Shown: positions 35,665 through 48,612 of the stretch, in pieces | Layout: each line of letters begins with the position of its first letter | Numbering within the stretch: the first letter of the stretch is position 1 | Assembly: GCA_010015805.1 (NCBI GenBank) | Contig: ML978124.1 | Span: forward strand, 1-64,000 | DNA length: 64,000 bases | Reading direction: 5' to 3' | Source of the DNA: Rhizodiscina lignyota | Lineage: Eukaryota | Program-made: the position numbers and the translations under genes | Notes under the pieces: generated by a model | What the model was told of the DNA's origin: nothing | Databases searched by the model: none | Seen by the model: only the letters and a program-made list of their open reading frames with translations

Positions 35665-36953
35665 ATGTATCAGCAAACGGAAATCTTCCCCAGAGATGCA
35701 TCGACCAACACTGGAAATTTGTAAGACTCTCGCCAAGCGGCCAAGTTGAATAGCTAACACGAATTATCTGTAGTGGGAAAAATTATCCCCATAATCGACA
35801 GCTCCTGATACTGGTGTGTACGCTGAGCTGGCTCCGTCGACCAATCTAATTATCAAATAGGGCGGATTCATTGGAATAGCATGGATGTGTCAATTTCAAG
35901 TGATTGTGATTGGCTACACTACGTTCAAACGCTACTCTGGGCTGTACTTTTGGTCTATTTGCTCTGCTACTGTTTCACTGATAATATACACTCTTGGGGT
36001 TCTTTTGTATGACTTTATTCTTGGAGACACGCACGCCTGGATTCCCTCGGTACTGATAACGGCTGGATATCTTATTTTCATTCCCTCGGAATATCTGTTC
36101 ATCTTTTCACGGTATGCAAGTCACAATTCTATACGGGTAATAGAAACATCTGATCATTTTTGATAGGCTCCATTTACTACAGCCTAGCCGGAGGATGGCC
36201 AATTTCGTCAAATGGATGCTTCTGTCAGAGTATCTCCTCATAGAGATTCCGGCGACTACGCTCTATTTAGTAGTAGCCAATACTCCCTACAATCCACTCC
36301 TTGGAGATGTCGTGCAGGTCTATGTAGGCATAAGTGTTGTCCTACTTTCAGCAGTCTTAATGATTGTGTCAAGTCTTTATCTATACCTCGCATGGAGTAA
36401 GTCTACGCTGCCAACCTTCCCTGATCAGAGTTACTAATATACGGTCTTTAGAATTATTCGGACTAAATGCGAGCCCTGAAGTGAAGCGTATCTTTGTGTC
36501 CCTATTCGCTGGAACTACCTTCATCTTCATTCTTTACTGTATTAATATAATTATATGGTTTATCAGTACGTCACGCGATAGGCCTTCCATTATATGCTCT
36601 GAATACTAACGAATGCTATGTAGAAAAAGCAGTGATAAGAGGCTGTTGGCTCCCTTTCGAATTCTCTTGCGTAAGTAATCTCAGATTAATAAGGTTGTAA
36701 TTCCAATCAATACTAATACTAGCTTAGACACTGATAGTAGAGTTCTGGATTCTCAATCACCTTAGCCAGTTGGCGACATCAACATCTCGGGATCTTCAAA
36801 GGTATAGTCTATTACTGTACCAACTTCACACAAAGCAATCAAGACTAACTAAAAATAAGTATAAATATAGAACATGTAGAGACTCAACAACAAAGTGTCC
36901 AAATGGGTAGCACTAGTACAAGCGACGAAAGTCGTAGCTTCTATAGAAAATAA
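35665..36953 (+). CDS. Multi-exon polytopic integral membrane protein (fungal TFKRxSGLYFWS family, possibly receptor-like)
   Basis: Reconstructed MYQQTEIFPRDASTNTGNFGKNYPHNRQLLILGGFIGIAWMCQFQVIVIGYTTFKRYSGLYFWS...; about seven short GT-AG introns; several TM helices; last exon ...SDESRSFYRK*; visibly AT-rich. Confidence 0.7.
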
Positions 36954-39100
36954 ATAGCAGTTAGCCATTTTTACGTAAAATGGGTTTAGCTGATGGATCA
37001 GATGCGAATGGATACATGCTTACGAGTTCCTTTGGTCTATGGACTTCTTTGTTGTATAGACTTGAGTAAAGTGTTTTGATCTTCTTTTGCGTAGTTGCAG
37101 AGTGCTTGTGAATTCAGGGCAAATATGGGAGCCGAAGTACCTTTAAATACTCGGGATCTTCCCAAAGTCTGCACGCTTATATTTCCTTCGTGATGCTGAC
37201 AGTTCTATTACTACGCAGCTACGGATATGTTCCCATAATCAGCTTGCAGATTGCATCATCATCATTCGGCCACTGAGATTTAGAGTTCATCCCGTGTCTT
37301 CAGCTTCGACGCACGATAGACAGGATTATAAGCAGTCAGTGCTATTCGGCTATCTAGAATTGCTGGCCTTCAAGACAGGCAGATGGGCCAGTCTTTGAAG
37401 TTTTGGGTCGCTGAACTCGCGATAATCGTGCTTGTGGTTTCAGCAGTTGAGGCTAGAACCTACTAGCTCTATGTGGATTGTGTACCTTTCCAACGGCGTC
37501 ATTTCTTTCGTATACCATCAATCCAATGACGTGATGAATCGCCATTGTCTCGATGTTACATCTGTAGCTGCAATGCAGCAGCCGCAGCTACTTAGCAGGA
37601 TCGGCTCTTGCTCAGTTGTCAAGCTTCCCTCTCGGCGTCTTACTATTGCTTAAGTTGTATCCTCAGCCCGGCGCTTTTCCAATTACTGATCTTGGACTCT
37701 GTTGAGATCAAGAAGGTCTGCCTTCCTAGACCAGTTAGACCGCCTCCTTTAGATGCGTTCTCTTGCTATAGTCGTTGAACGAAGAAATGCCGAGAATATT
37801 GCAATGGACGAACTGAATGCAGCATGCTTTACCGCGAGAAGCGATTCATCGAATGACATTTTAAAGCAATTTTCGCATAAAAAACTGTGCAATACAGCTG
37901 TAAAATGAATCCTTAGTGTATTGGGTTAACTGATCAGAGCACCGAACAAGTTCGTTGTCTCTTTCGAAAATCGTTGAACAGCCCAGCCTTGGCAGCTAGC
38001 CACACACCTTAAGAAACGGCGCGCCCCGTATTACGGGACTCTCAATCCACAAACCCACGGGACACTCGTTTCCTGTCTGGGCCACGCAGGCCACGCGAGC
38101 CACGCGAGGCTAAACTCGAGCGCCTTTGAAGTGGGGAACACGCACATTCCTGGCCACTATCACTCCGTTTTGGCAATCGCTTAGGCTGGGCCTGGACACC
38201 TGAGTCTAGACTTTAACTTTGACGATATGCGACTTTCCGATAGTTGATATCGATGATGTAGAAGATGACGATGCGGATGGTGCACTCATCTTTCGCTAGA
38301 ATGGCAGCTTTGAGAAGTTCACCAATTGTATTCTGTTGCAGCGCCGAGGGTCGCCACGATCAGAATGGTATCGACGCAACTCTTCTTCCAGCTTTAATTG
38401 CCGTAACCTGTGCACAGTTGCATGGAGTGAACTGAAGATGTTCCAAGACTCCAGCAGCCAGCTTGGCATACGTGCCTCCCCACAAGACGAGTGTCTGCCA
38501 CTCTGCTACCTTGGCCGACTAGTAGCAGCGTGAAGAAAGAGCAGGATGAAAGGGTGACGAAAGGAAGAGTTCGTTGAAGTGCGAGTGAAAGAATGAGTGA
38601 GAGAAGTTAACGCATCAGACGCAAAGTCGAAGGATGGTTTCACTGTCCAACGACTATGCCATTTTCGAGCCTACTGCCTCACCTCATCTGATAACCGAGT
38701 GGGTAGTACAAACTTTCAATAGCTCTTCTGAATAATCAGCACACCACATCACCGATTCTCAGAGCATATGATAACATACACCGCCGGTTAATACACCATC
38801 GGTTCATATTGAGCACGTATTGGCTCCTAACGAGACGTAGTATTTACACCTCAACCCCAAATTTTGAGCCCATTGCATATCCTCTCAGAGCCATGCCTTG
38901 TACAAAACGGAAAAACCTAGTAGCAGTCGCTGCGTCTCAGTAGTGCTAAATTTCTCTTCATGAATTGATGCACCGCCTCAAGCGCCGTCGATTGAACAGC
39001 ACAGGCGCCAGGTCCGCATGTCCCATACCCGCAAAATGCAAAAAAGACCGCCAGCCCTAGAGAAGAGGCTTTGAAGAACGAAAGAAGAAACAGTGGCAAA

Positions 39101-41015
39101 TCAGCCGGAGCGAGGGAAGATGCGGCCCGCAACACCCTTCCACCATGTCTTCTCAACCCGCCTTGACGGCTCTGCCCCGCTTGCCACAGGCTCCAACGTG
39201 AGGGGCCTTGCAGCAGACGGGCCCTCTCTTACATCCTGCTCCGTGGGCTCGATATCTGCCTCTTCTGTCGTCGTCGTTGGTGGCTGACTCGGCGGCGCAA
39301 CGGCCGCAGGCCCCACGCCTGTGGTCTCACCCGTCACAGGCGCAGGACTCTCTGCAGTTGCTGCAGTTGGATGAATCTCCTGCATCTCACGCGCACCGCC
39401 CACTGCGGTCCTCTGCGTGGTGCCTGCAGGCGCGCTGAACACCCGTCGTCCATTGCTCAAGGCGGTGCGTATGCGCGGGGGAACAGGGACATGCAGTCCA
39501 CCATCGACTACTCTCTCCACAAGACTTCTCTCCTCTCTTCCATGCCCGTTCAGCACCGAAGCGCGCACAATATCCTCGCTGCCGCCATTCCGCACACGAA
39601 TACCTCGTCCGCGTAACCTGCGGACTTGCCGCTCACGGCGCACCATGGTGTTGGTGATGGTCTTCGGGACGTACCCGACGGGGAGCGAGGACTTCTTGCA
39701 CAGCGGGCAGAGCGAAGAGTGTGTGGTGAGGAAGGGGTCGACGCACTCGGCATGGAAGATGTGACCGCAGGGGAGTTCGCGGACCATTGATGGGGAGGGT
39801 TGAGATTCGGTAAAGTCGTCGAGGCAGATTGCGCAGGTCGTTTGCAGCTCGGTTTGCTGCCGGGATGCTCTGGGGGCGGAGAGCACGGAGACGCTGATGT
39901 TAGCGGTGGTCTTGGCCGCTTCGGAATTCGAGCGATTGTGGGTGGCGAGCGTGGCGGGAGCTGATGCTTGAGCGATGTTGTAGGGATAGAGAGGCATCTC
40001 GTCGAGGACTTCTCTCGGCACCATGAGGCGTTTGATACCAAGGGCTTCTAGGTCGATCTCGCCGTTGGCGATGCGTCGTCGGAGTATCGAGCGGCGCTGG
40101 CGTGCGACGAAGTGCATGAGGCCGGATGTGAAGGCGATGATGACGATGAGGAGCGCGAGAACGATAAGAAGGAATACCCATAGGGATGGGATATGTGAAC
40201 CTCCGCCTTTTGCACGTAGGGTCAACCGTTCAATATACAGGCATGCAGCGTGACGTAGGAAAGAAACAACACGAGAATAGACATGTCAAAATGACAAGTA
40301 GAAGTTGACACTCACCAGTACTAATGTCCGCCATCAACCGCACATAATCCGTCGGTCCCACCAGTCCCAAATCACCCAGCTCTTTCCCCTCCGGCACTTG
40401 CGTCATGTTCCCACTGTACGCCGCGAGCTGCTGCATCCACAGCACGCCCAGACTACTCGGCACTGCATACACCGGGAAATTGTACTTGCTCTTCCACGAT
40501 CCGCCATCACCCAAGTCCCAGACCGGATCGCTGTCCAAGGGTGGCGTCTCCGTGCCATTGCCACCACCATCTCTGCTGCTGTTCAGTGTCGAGGCGATAG
40601 AGGACACATTGCTCGACGGTGGAGGTATGTAGAACAGCATCGCAGCGAGGAGGTCAGCGGATGCAGCCTCCAGGAACGCCAACGTGCAGTTCTTGTTCAA
40701 CCACGGCACCAACGCAATCAACTCGTAATTCACCGGCAGGTCTGCCCTATGCGTCGCATTGTGTGGTATCCAGCTACTATTGCTTGCCTGAAGACACGCG
40801 ACCTGCTGCTGCGTGTTTAATGTCGGGACGTACAGCAAGCCGGAGATGTCGTCGTTGGAGGGCGCGCCGGTTGTTGACAAGGTGCGAATCGAGTCCTCGA
40901 GGTCGTACTGGAACGACACGTTGGCCGGCAGCTCGGTCCATCGGTCCTGGGAGGTATCGAAGAATTCGGGGTTCTGGATGGCGAGCGTGACGAGCTCGAT
41001 GCTTTCGGCACTCAT
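39101..41015 (-). CDS. Single-pass membrane RING-H2 E3 ubiquitin ligase (PA-RING-like), 2 exons
   Basis: Intron 40207-40315; TM segment PSLWVFLLIVLALLIVIIAFTS; RING-H2 CAICLDDF...RELPCGHIFHAECVDPFLTTHSSLCPLC. Confidence 0.88.
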
Positions 41016-41869
41016 CGTGGGCGCTGGGGCGCGCTACGGCGCGAGTGGATTGGGAGGAGGCGGGGGAAGCGGATGTGAGTTCAGAGATGGCGCGTCCGAG
41101 TATGTATAGCTCTGTGTGGTTGTAATTGCATGATTGAGCCAGCGAAAGCGAGGAAGCGAAGGTGGGAGGGTGCGTGAGGGTGCAAGGCGGGAGTTGGAGG
41201 AGTGTAAGTTGGATTGGGGGTGGTGGTGGTGCGAATTGGGGTTGGGTGGATCAGGATCAGGACCAGCCCCGGCCGTGCTTCGCTCCTCCCGCCGCCAGCC
41301 ACGTCTCGGCAAACGGTCAAGCTTTTTGGCAAAAGCTTAGTGCTGCACGCGTCGATGGAAAGCAATGCGATCGCGCGAGCTGCGCCCATTCGTGCCACCT
41401 CCAGCGGTATATCGCTGCGGGACATAATTCACGCGCGCACAATGCCGGGTGCAGCGATTGCGCTCGCATTGCGCGGGTGCAGCAGTCCACTCGACGGCCG
41501 CGCGTCCAAGTGGAATGGTCACGGAGCACGTGCGCTTGCATCACAAATAACAGCCCGGTTGATCAGCAACGCGATAAGCAATCCTGCCCATAATCCCGCT
41601 GCTTCCACAGCGTCGTGCACCATACTCAGACATCCAATTCTAGCAATTCAAACCCTTCCTCCTGCTCCGTAGAGCATCCGCTGATTCTAAACATTCCAAA
41701 GTTCTGATGCATCCCCAAACGAGATAAAACGCCTTCTGATGCAAAACACCCACGTACGCCTCGATCATCTCCATGTCCCATTTGAGACAGTTCGTGCCAG
41801 AGGCTTGGCATCAGATCTCATAAACGTCACAAGTTCGTCTGCCCTCTCCCCAGGTCTTCCCTCATAACC

Positions 41870-43912
41870 CTAACCCTCCACCTGCGTCTCCTCCCAATTC
41901 GGCGCCTCAGCCTTCTCCAGCTCACGCATAAGCTCCGACGGGAAGATTGATTCCTTCGGGATCTTGCTCAAGCCATCATCAACCACCGGGCCAATCCACC
42001 CATTCCACTTGGCCTTCCTCTCCAACAGATTCTTAATCGGATCACCCAGCGTCGTCCTCGCCACGCCTGCCGGCTCCACGCTGCCTTGGTGCTGCCCGCT
42101 GCTGGATTTCTTCGGCTGCTGTTTGCCCTTCTTGCTCATGTTCTTCGTGCGCTTCAGATACGCTTGGTTGAGCTGGTTGTCCAGGTCGTCCGCGATGCTC
42201 ATGTACTCCTGCATCGCCATGCGGCCCTGCGTGAGCTCCAAGACACGCTCTTTTCGCGCGCCGTTGATGATGCCCTGGCGGCGGAGTTCGCGCTGCAGAT
42301 AGCGGAGTCGTGCAGCGACATTGTCGTCTTCGGCCGCGTTGTATTGCGACTCGTTAATGGTGACGTCCTCCGGCAAGAAGCCGATGTGCTTGAGCTCCAT
42401 GACGAGTCGCTCGTCGATATTCGGTGGAGGGTCGCCAGCTGCGGATCCGAATGCGTTCTTCCATGCAGCAGTTGTTGATTCGGGCATGAATGTCGCTGGT
42501 TGTTGATATTGATGGTGGCTCGTGTCCCCATTTGTCATCGGCATATCACCATCGCCGTCGACATCTCCATTCGTGATACCGTTAACCATCGTCGCATCTC
42601 CATTCGTTTCTGCGCCATGGCTGCCCTTTGGAGGTCTGCCGGGACGTAAGGTTTGCAAGACACGTGAGAGGACAGGGCCACATGAAATATCATCACCTTC
42701 GGCAGTCATATCATTCATGTCCTCCATACTGCCGCGTGCTTGGTTCTGTGGGAGGCCTGGCCCTTCGATATTGTCAATAGCCATCGCACCATCTTCTTCT
42801 GCCCATTTAAGTTTGTATGACTTCTTGTCACGTGGTGGTGTCTGGAACGGCTCCACACGGTCCCCTCGCTCACGGAGAAAGGCGACATCCTCATCGTTGA
42901 GAGGTCGGATAAAAGGCTCAACAAAGTTGGCAAACTGCTGCGCCGAGACGCTCTGCTTCTGCCCCTCCTTTGCCTTGCTGAAGTCCTGGTCCGGAGGTGT
43001 GCCAGCAGTTAACCTGACTAGATCATCGTGAGGGTAACTTTTGACACTGAATATCTCAAGCTTCTCCGCTTCGCTCATACCTGGCGTGACATCTCTGATA
43101 TGGTATATCGTAGGATCTGGGAATTTATTCGGGTCTTCGCCAAACAACTGGAAATGGTTGATTGCCGGTGCCGGTGTGGGCTGATGCGGACTGGTTGGTG
43201 AAGAGCCATCGGACTTTGGTGACTTTACACCCTCAGCAGTTCCAATTAGCGAAGGCGGCGCAGGCGAGGCAGGCGAAGAGATCTCAGACGAATTGTCCTG
43301 ATCCATACCATCTTGCCTCGCAGGTTGATGAGCGCCAACCGCCAACGGTCTGCTCGAGTCCTCTTCCCTCCCCCTCTTCTTGGATACCTTCCCCTCCTTT
43401 GCTTGCCTCTCTTTCTCCTTTACGCGCCGCCTCTCCTCGGCCTCCTTCTCGCTTGCTATTCTTGCCTGCTCTTGTTGCTCCCGCTCCCTGTGCGTCTTGC
43501 TGAGCTCGCGCATCAATCGGTCGTACTTGTCACCCCTTGTCTTGACACCATCCATCAAGGTCTGCAGTCCATCTCTGATTCCTTGAAGCTGCGTAGCGGA
43601 GGGTATCGTATTCGCGCTCCCTCCGCCGCTTGCGGTGAAGATATCACTGAAAGTGCGAGAGTTACCAAGCGGGGAGAGCGTCGTGTTGAAGAAGCTGATG
43701 GCTGGAGACGTTGTGGGGGATTTGGCGACAGCAGAGATGGGAGTTGTGTTGCGGCTGCGAGAACGTCGTGCATCGCGGTTGGCAAGCTTCCCACTTTTGC
43801 TGGCGGAAGTACCGCTTTTACCACCGGCGGAAGGCATTGTGTAGTTGTTGTGATTGCCGTTGGTGGACGGATGCGGTCGCGGGGTGACTGTAGCGGAATT
43901 GGAATGCTGCAC
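41870..43912 (-). CDS. ADA3: SAGA/ADA complex subunit Ada3/Ngg1 (start may be MPSAGG at about 43837)
   Basis: FPDPTIYHIRDVTPGM, GTPPDQDFSKAK, RGDRVEPF, IDERLVMELKHIGFL, DDNVAARLRYLQRELRRQ and IADDLDNQLNQAYLKR. Confidence 0.88.
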   Translation of the reverse strand: MQHSNSATVTPRPHPSTNGNHNNYTMPSAGGKSGTSASKSGKLANRDARRSRSRNTTPISAVAKSPTTSPAISFFNTTLSPLGNSRTFSDIFTASGGGSANTIPSATQLQGIRDGLQTLMDGVKTRGDKYDRLMRELSKTHREREQQEQARIASEKEAEERRRVKEKERQAKEGKVSKKRGREEDSSRPLAVGAHQPARQDGMDQDNSSEISSPASPAPPSLIGTAEGVKSPKSDGSSPTSPHQPTPAPAINHFQLFGEDPNKFPDPTIYHIRDVTPGMSEAEKLEIFSVKSYPHDDLVRLTAGTPPDQDFSKAKEGQKQSVSAQQFANFVEPFIRPLNDEDVAFLRERGDRVEPFQTPPRDKKSYKLKWAEEDGAMAIDNIEGPGLPQNQARGSMEDMNDMTAEGDDISCGPVLSRVLQTLRPGRPPKGSHGAETNGDATMVNGITNGDVDGDGDMPMTNGDTSHHQYQQPATFMPESTTAAWKNAFGSAAGDPPPNIDERLVMELKHIGFLPEDVTINESQYNAAEDDNVAARLRYLQRELRRQGIINGARKERVLELTQGRMAMQEYMSIADDLDNQLNQAYLKRTKNMSKKGKQQPKKSSSGQHQGSVEPAGVARTTLGDPIKNLLERKAKWNGWIGPVVDDGLSKIPKESIFPSELMRELEKAEAPNWEETQVEG

Positions 43913-44482
43913 ACGCGGAGATAGGTCCGCAGTGGGAGATCTAACTCGGCGCCGATGGATGCAAGAGGTCTAAAGGCTGCGAATGCTCATGCGACTTTGA
44001 TGAAGCGGCAAGGTGTTTGATGGAAAGTTGATGGTGGAAGTTGAATGGCGCTTCTTGGCGATTGCGCTGCAGCCTTATGATCCGCAGTCCGCGCGCTAAG
44101 CCAAGCTAAGCTCCGAAAACGCCGAAGATCACGTGCAGTGCTCCAGTCCTCTGCGATTCCCATATAGCTTGTTCGAACCATAGTAACAGACACAGTGTTT
44201 ATTCGCAACTGCTATCGAGATTGTACAGTGTCAATGCGTGGAACTATATTGTGAGAAGAAGTAACTCAATAACGAAGGCCCATGAAATCCAAACACAGCA
44301 GTAGCAACTGGGTTTACTCTTCTACACTTGCGAGAGCATCAGTTAAGCCTTGGTTGAAGACACCTTAGACTATATGTGTTAGAACTTCACAGCTTCAGCG
44401 TGCATGACATGTACGTGTTAAAGAGTATATGTTGCATGAACGGTATTCAATTCGTTCCTTGAAATCAAGTTACTGCTGCTAT

Positions 44483-46137
44483 TTACTTGCTTATGAGAAC
44501 TACGTCGCCGTACGCGGCCTTCATCTTCGCCAGCACCTCCTTCTCACTCATCTCCAGCTCCGTGCAGATCTCATCGAAGCAGTGCTGCCCGTCCAAGTAC
44601 TTCGCTAGTGGCAGGTCCGGCATCTCCTTGCCCTTGCCGATATCTGCCCACGCGTAGCGATGTACGCGGTACAGGAAGCCTTTGATGATGCCGAACGTGA
44701 TGAAGCGGCGTACGTCGATCCCGGCGAGTAGCGTCTCGTTCTCCACACACCATGCCCTCAGCGGCAGTCCTTGCTTCAAGCTTGTGTACAGCTGCACGAC
44801 CTGTACGCGGTTGAGCGATGTAGAGGCTGGATTCCACTCCCATCGGCCGGAAGGGCTTGGCTTCGGGGTTCCGCTGAAGTTGATATCAGGGTTGGACGAA
44901 GGATTGGAGGCGGGTCTGGACTGCATGCCGGCTCCGGTCGGGGTTGATGAGAGTTCGATAATAGATGACGGTTTCTTTGCATGCGACGCATGAGATGAGC
45001 AAAGCGTTGGTGCTTCGGTGGCTGTGATCGGCATGTACTGTCCCACGCTGATGTAGTTGATCGCCTCGTCCTGTGCTTCTTCATCGACAACGAACTGTCT
45101 AATCTCTGGCGTAGGCGCATAGACGGCCGCGAACTGGAAGATGTCGAGGAGGATGATGCAGTTGTAGTACAGCAAGTGCTGAATGGCCTTGCGTGCAAGA
45201 CTCAGGTCTACATCCGCGCTTTTCGCAATCCTGGCGATAGAACGGATGCCGTCGATAAACGGGACAATGCGCTTCAGCGTGAGATCTGAAGTTGACTCGT
45301 CTCCGAGGAGAGAGGGCTGAATGGTGAGAAGTGGGACATGCCATGCGTGAACTGGAGCCGGAGGAGGACGCGTCGGGAAGAGCTTGAGTTGGACCGTATT
45401 CGCATCATCTGGTGGACCTGGTTACCATCGACTTCATAGATATGTTAAAGGTGGCAAAATAGACATACCGATGGGTATCATGCATTCGCCGTAGTTATTC
45501 AAGTCCTCCAATATCATCTCACACAGAGCGTAGACCTTCTCTCCTTTCTGTGAGGCCATAGTAGCCGAAGGGCTGTCACCTTCGAGGCTCAAGCTGTTCA
45601 TTCCCTCCGAAATATCTTCTTTCTCAAACTGCAAGCCAGATCCTTCCAATCGATCCCAGAGTCGCTCGTCCTCCTCGTTGCTCAGGAAACTGCTCTGCTC
45701 TTCCAAGTTCTTCAACAGTCTTGCCAACTTCTGCACTACGCTCTTATGCGCGGACATGTCTGCTCGCTCATCCAGCACAATCGCCAAGTTGAAGATGAAC
45801 TGGTTTCGGTCATAGCGCTTTGAATCTTCGATGCAGACCGGATAACCGATAACGCGGTACTCGCCGATGCGGACAGTGAGGAGTCTGTCGAAGAATTCAG
45901 CATGTGGGATGATGAAGTCGGAAATGTCAGCGAAGTTGAAGAGAGGAGTAGGATAGGTATTCGAGGAGGAGGCAGGAGCTGGCGTGATCGAGTATTCTGG
46001 GACTTGATGAAGCACGCGCGAGCCTTCAACAGTAGTTAGCCAGTGCCTTTGGAGAGGCTGAATGCGTTCAGCTTACCTTTCTTCGGGTGGAAGCGCGTGA
46101 AGAAGATGGCGCGCATCTTCGGAGTCGAGGGCTCCAT
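44483..46137 (-). CDS. NPR2: Nitrogen permease regulator 2 (SEACIT/GATOR1 subunit), 3 exons
   Basis: MRAIFFTRFHPKKG|SRVLHQVP, YDRNQFIFNLAIV, ILEDLNNYGECMIPI, LKLFPTRPPP, IQHLLYYNCIILLDIFQF, DVRRFITFGIIKGFLYRVH and LDGQHCFDEICTEL. Confidence 0.95.
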
Positions 46138-46959
46138 AATGGGGGTAGAGTACTGAAAGGGAAGTCGAGAAAGAGACTACATCGTCAAGAGTAGAGAACT
46201 TTGTCGAAGGTGAACTTCGGGGAGGAGAGAGAGGAGATTTAGCTCGAAGGTTGCAGAGCGCGGTGGGAAATTAGGCAGAAACTGGTCGCCTGACCTCATA
46301 GTGAGGAGAGATGTGCGCGTCGCGTCTGTATTCTAGCAATGCGGCTACAAGCGGAGAGTTGTCACAGTTGTGAGCTCGACTTTGGCCTTTGGCGTTGACT
46401 GACGGGTTATGCCAATTGTGGACGCTGATTGGTCAATGGGCCCTGAACTGACTCAAGCTCTCGAACTTTGTTTCGACCACTTTCGACCACTTAACAAATC
46501 ATATACCTTGAGAGCCCGAGTCGCATAGTGCCCTAACAAAGTATTATATACCGTAGATTGCCTCTCTTCGCTATGATGCTGGAAGTCTTCCACTTGCCTC
46601 AAGGTCTCACTCGTCGGAGCTTCGAAGCGCGAGCACCGAGCTTGTCCTTCGACATCGCAAAGAAAGATCATCATGTGAACTTATACTGGAATATTATTGA
46701 GGCGTTTTCAACCTCTTACTGATCACAGCCCAAAAATCTATAATCCTTTCAGTCAATCTAATCTTCCTTTCATATATATATTCAGAGTGAAGGCTTTGGA
46801 TGTCTTCATTTCATTCGTCCGCTTGAGTGGATAAATGGCTTTGAATGGGTGCTGCATGACGGCGCTTTAGGACAGCTTCCCTCGTGAGCTCCACTGTGGC
46901 GACTGAAATTCCCATGCGGTCTATGCCGTCCCTCTCTCAACACTCAATTTCATTCCATC

Positions 46960-48549
46960 ATGACATTGGTCGGCGAATTGACCCTTGGGACTGGTGCGGG
47001 AGTGCTTGCGGGATGTATTGCAGTCTATCTAGTCTGCATGAGCATCTATCGGCTGTACTTTTGCCCAATCGCTCACATTCCAGGACCCAAGTTAGCCGCT
47101 TTGACTTTCTGGTATGAATTCTATTATGATGTTGTCAAGCGAGGGAAATATACGTTCCGGATTGCAGAGATGCATGAGCAGTATGGTCAGTAGTGGTTTT
47201 CACCTTGCAGTACTCAGAAACAACGCTAACCGTTCGCAGGTCCAATAATACAAGTCAACCCATACGAGGTCCATATCAACGATCCAGAGTTTCACGAAGA
47301 GATCTACACCGGTCCAGGACGTCGGCGAGACAAGTGGGCCTGGTCAGCGAAGATGTTCGGCATCCCGGGTTCCATGTTCTCGACCGTCGCAGCAGACCAT
47401 CATCGCATCCGCAGAGCCCCCGTTAACCCATTCTTTTCTCGTCAAGCAATAACCCGATTCGAACCGCGCCTGCATCACTTCGTTGAGGAACTTTGCGTAC
47501 GCTTCGAAGAGCGCAGAAGCACCGGCCAGCCAGTTGAACTTGAAGCTGCCTTTTATGGTCTCACGATTGACAACATTTCGGACTATGCTTTCGGAGAGCC
47601 ATTTGGCAGCTTGAAGAAGCCCGAGTATGGTAAAGACTGGTTGAATTTGTTCATGGCATTGAGCGAGATGACGCACATGAACAAACAGTTTGGCTGGCTG
47701 GCCCCTCTTATGCGTTCTCTGCCTCACTGGCTCACGGAGAAGGCGTACCCCGAGATGATGCTGCTGATCAACTATGAGAAATGGCTTATGAAGAAGGTGC
47801 AAAGTGTCATAGATGAGCATGACAGCTACTCAAATAAAGAAAAGGAAGCAGACACTGGACATCCGACTATGTTCCACGAGTTCCTAGCATCGCCAAGCTT
47901 GCCGCCGGAAGAGAAAGAGCTCCAGCGACTAGTCGACGAGGCTGGGACGATCCTCGGCGCCGGAGGAAATACAGTTGCTTGGTATCTGAAAAGCACATTC
48001 TTCCACATCCTCGACAATCCCTCTATCCGTAAACAACTAAAGGACGAGCTGCAGAGCGCCATGCCCGATCCTAGCATCATACCTTCGCTGAACGAACTTG
48101 AGCGCCTACCGTACCTCGCAGCTATAATCAAAGAAGGATTCCGCATCTCATTTGGCTTGACGCAACGCCTCCAACGTGTCGCACCTTATGACGCGCTATA
48201 CTACGGAGGATATACGATTCCTCCAGGCACACCAGTCAGCATGACCTCTGTACTTTCCCACACGAATCCAAAGAACTTCCCAAATCCAATGTCGTTCGAG
48301 CCGGAGCGATGGTTGCAGCCAGACTCGAAGCAGAAAGAGAAATACCTTGTGAATTTCAGTCGCGGGACTAGAGCGTGTATTGGCAAGAACCTTGCCATTG
48401 GCGAAATACACGCGACCATAGCGGCGCTATTTCGTAGATTTGATTTTGAATTGTATGAAACGGATAGGAGTGACGTTGATTTTGCGCACGATTTCTTTAA
48501 TCCGAGTGCCCGGGTGGATTCAAAGGGCATGAGGGTCTTGATCAAATGA
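46960..48549 (+). CDS. Cytochrome P450 (CYP58/trichodiene-oxygenase-like clan), 2 exons
   Basis: N-terminal [28 protein letters not shown]-helix AGGNTV, EGFR (ExxR), PERW and heme motif [10 protein letters not shown]. Confidence 0.95.
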
Positions 48550-48612
48550 CAAATTTCTTTAGGACCAGGATCGGATGAGCTTGCTGCTCCTGTATACTCT
48601 TTCCTTTACAAT

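Noticed and set aside
38081..38110. gccacgc(a/g) triple repeat
   Set aside because: Too short to assign a function.
41865..41877. taaccctaaccct telomere-like units
   Set aside because: Only two units, overlapping the ADA3 stop codon; chance.
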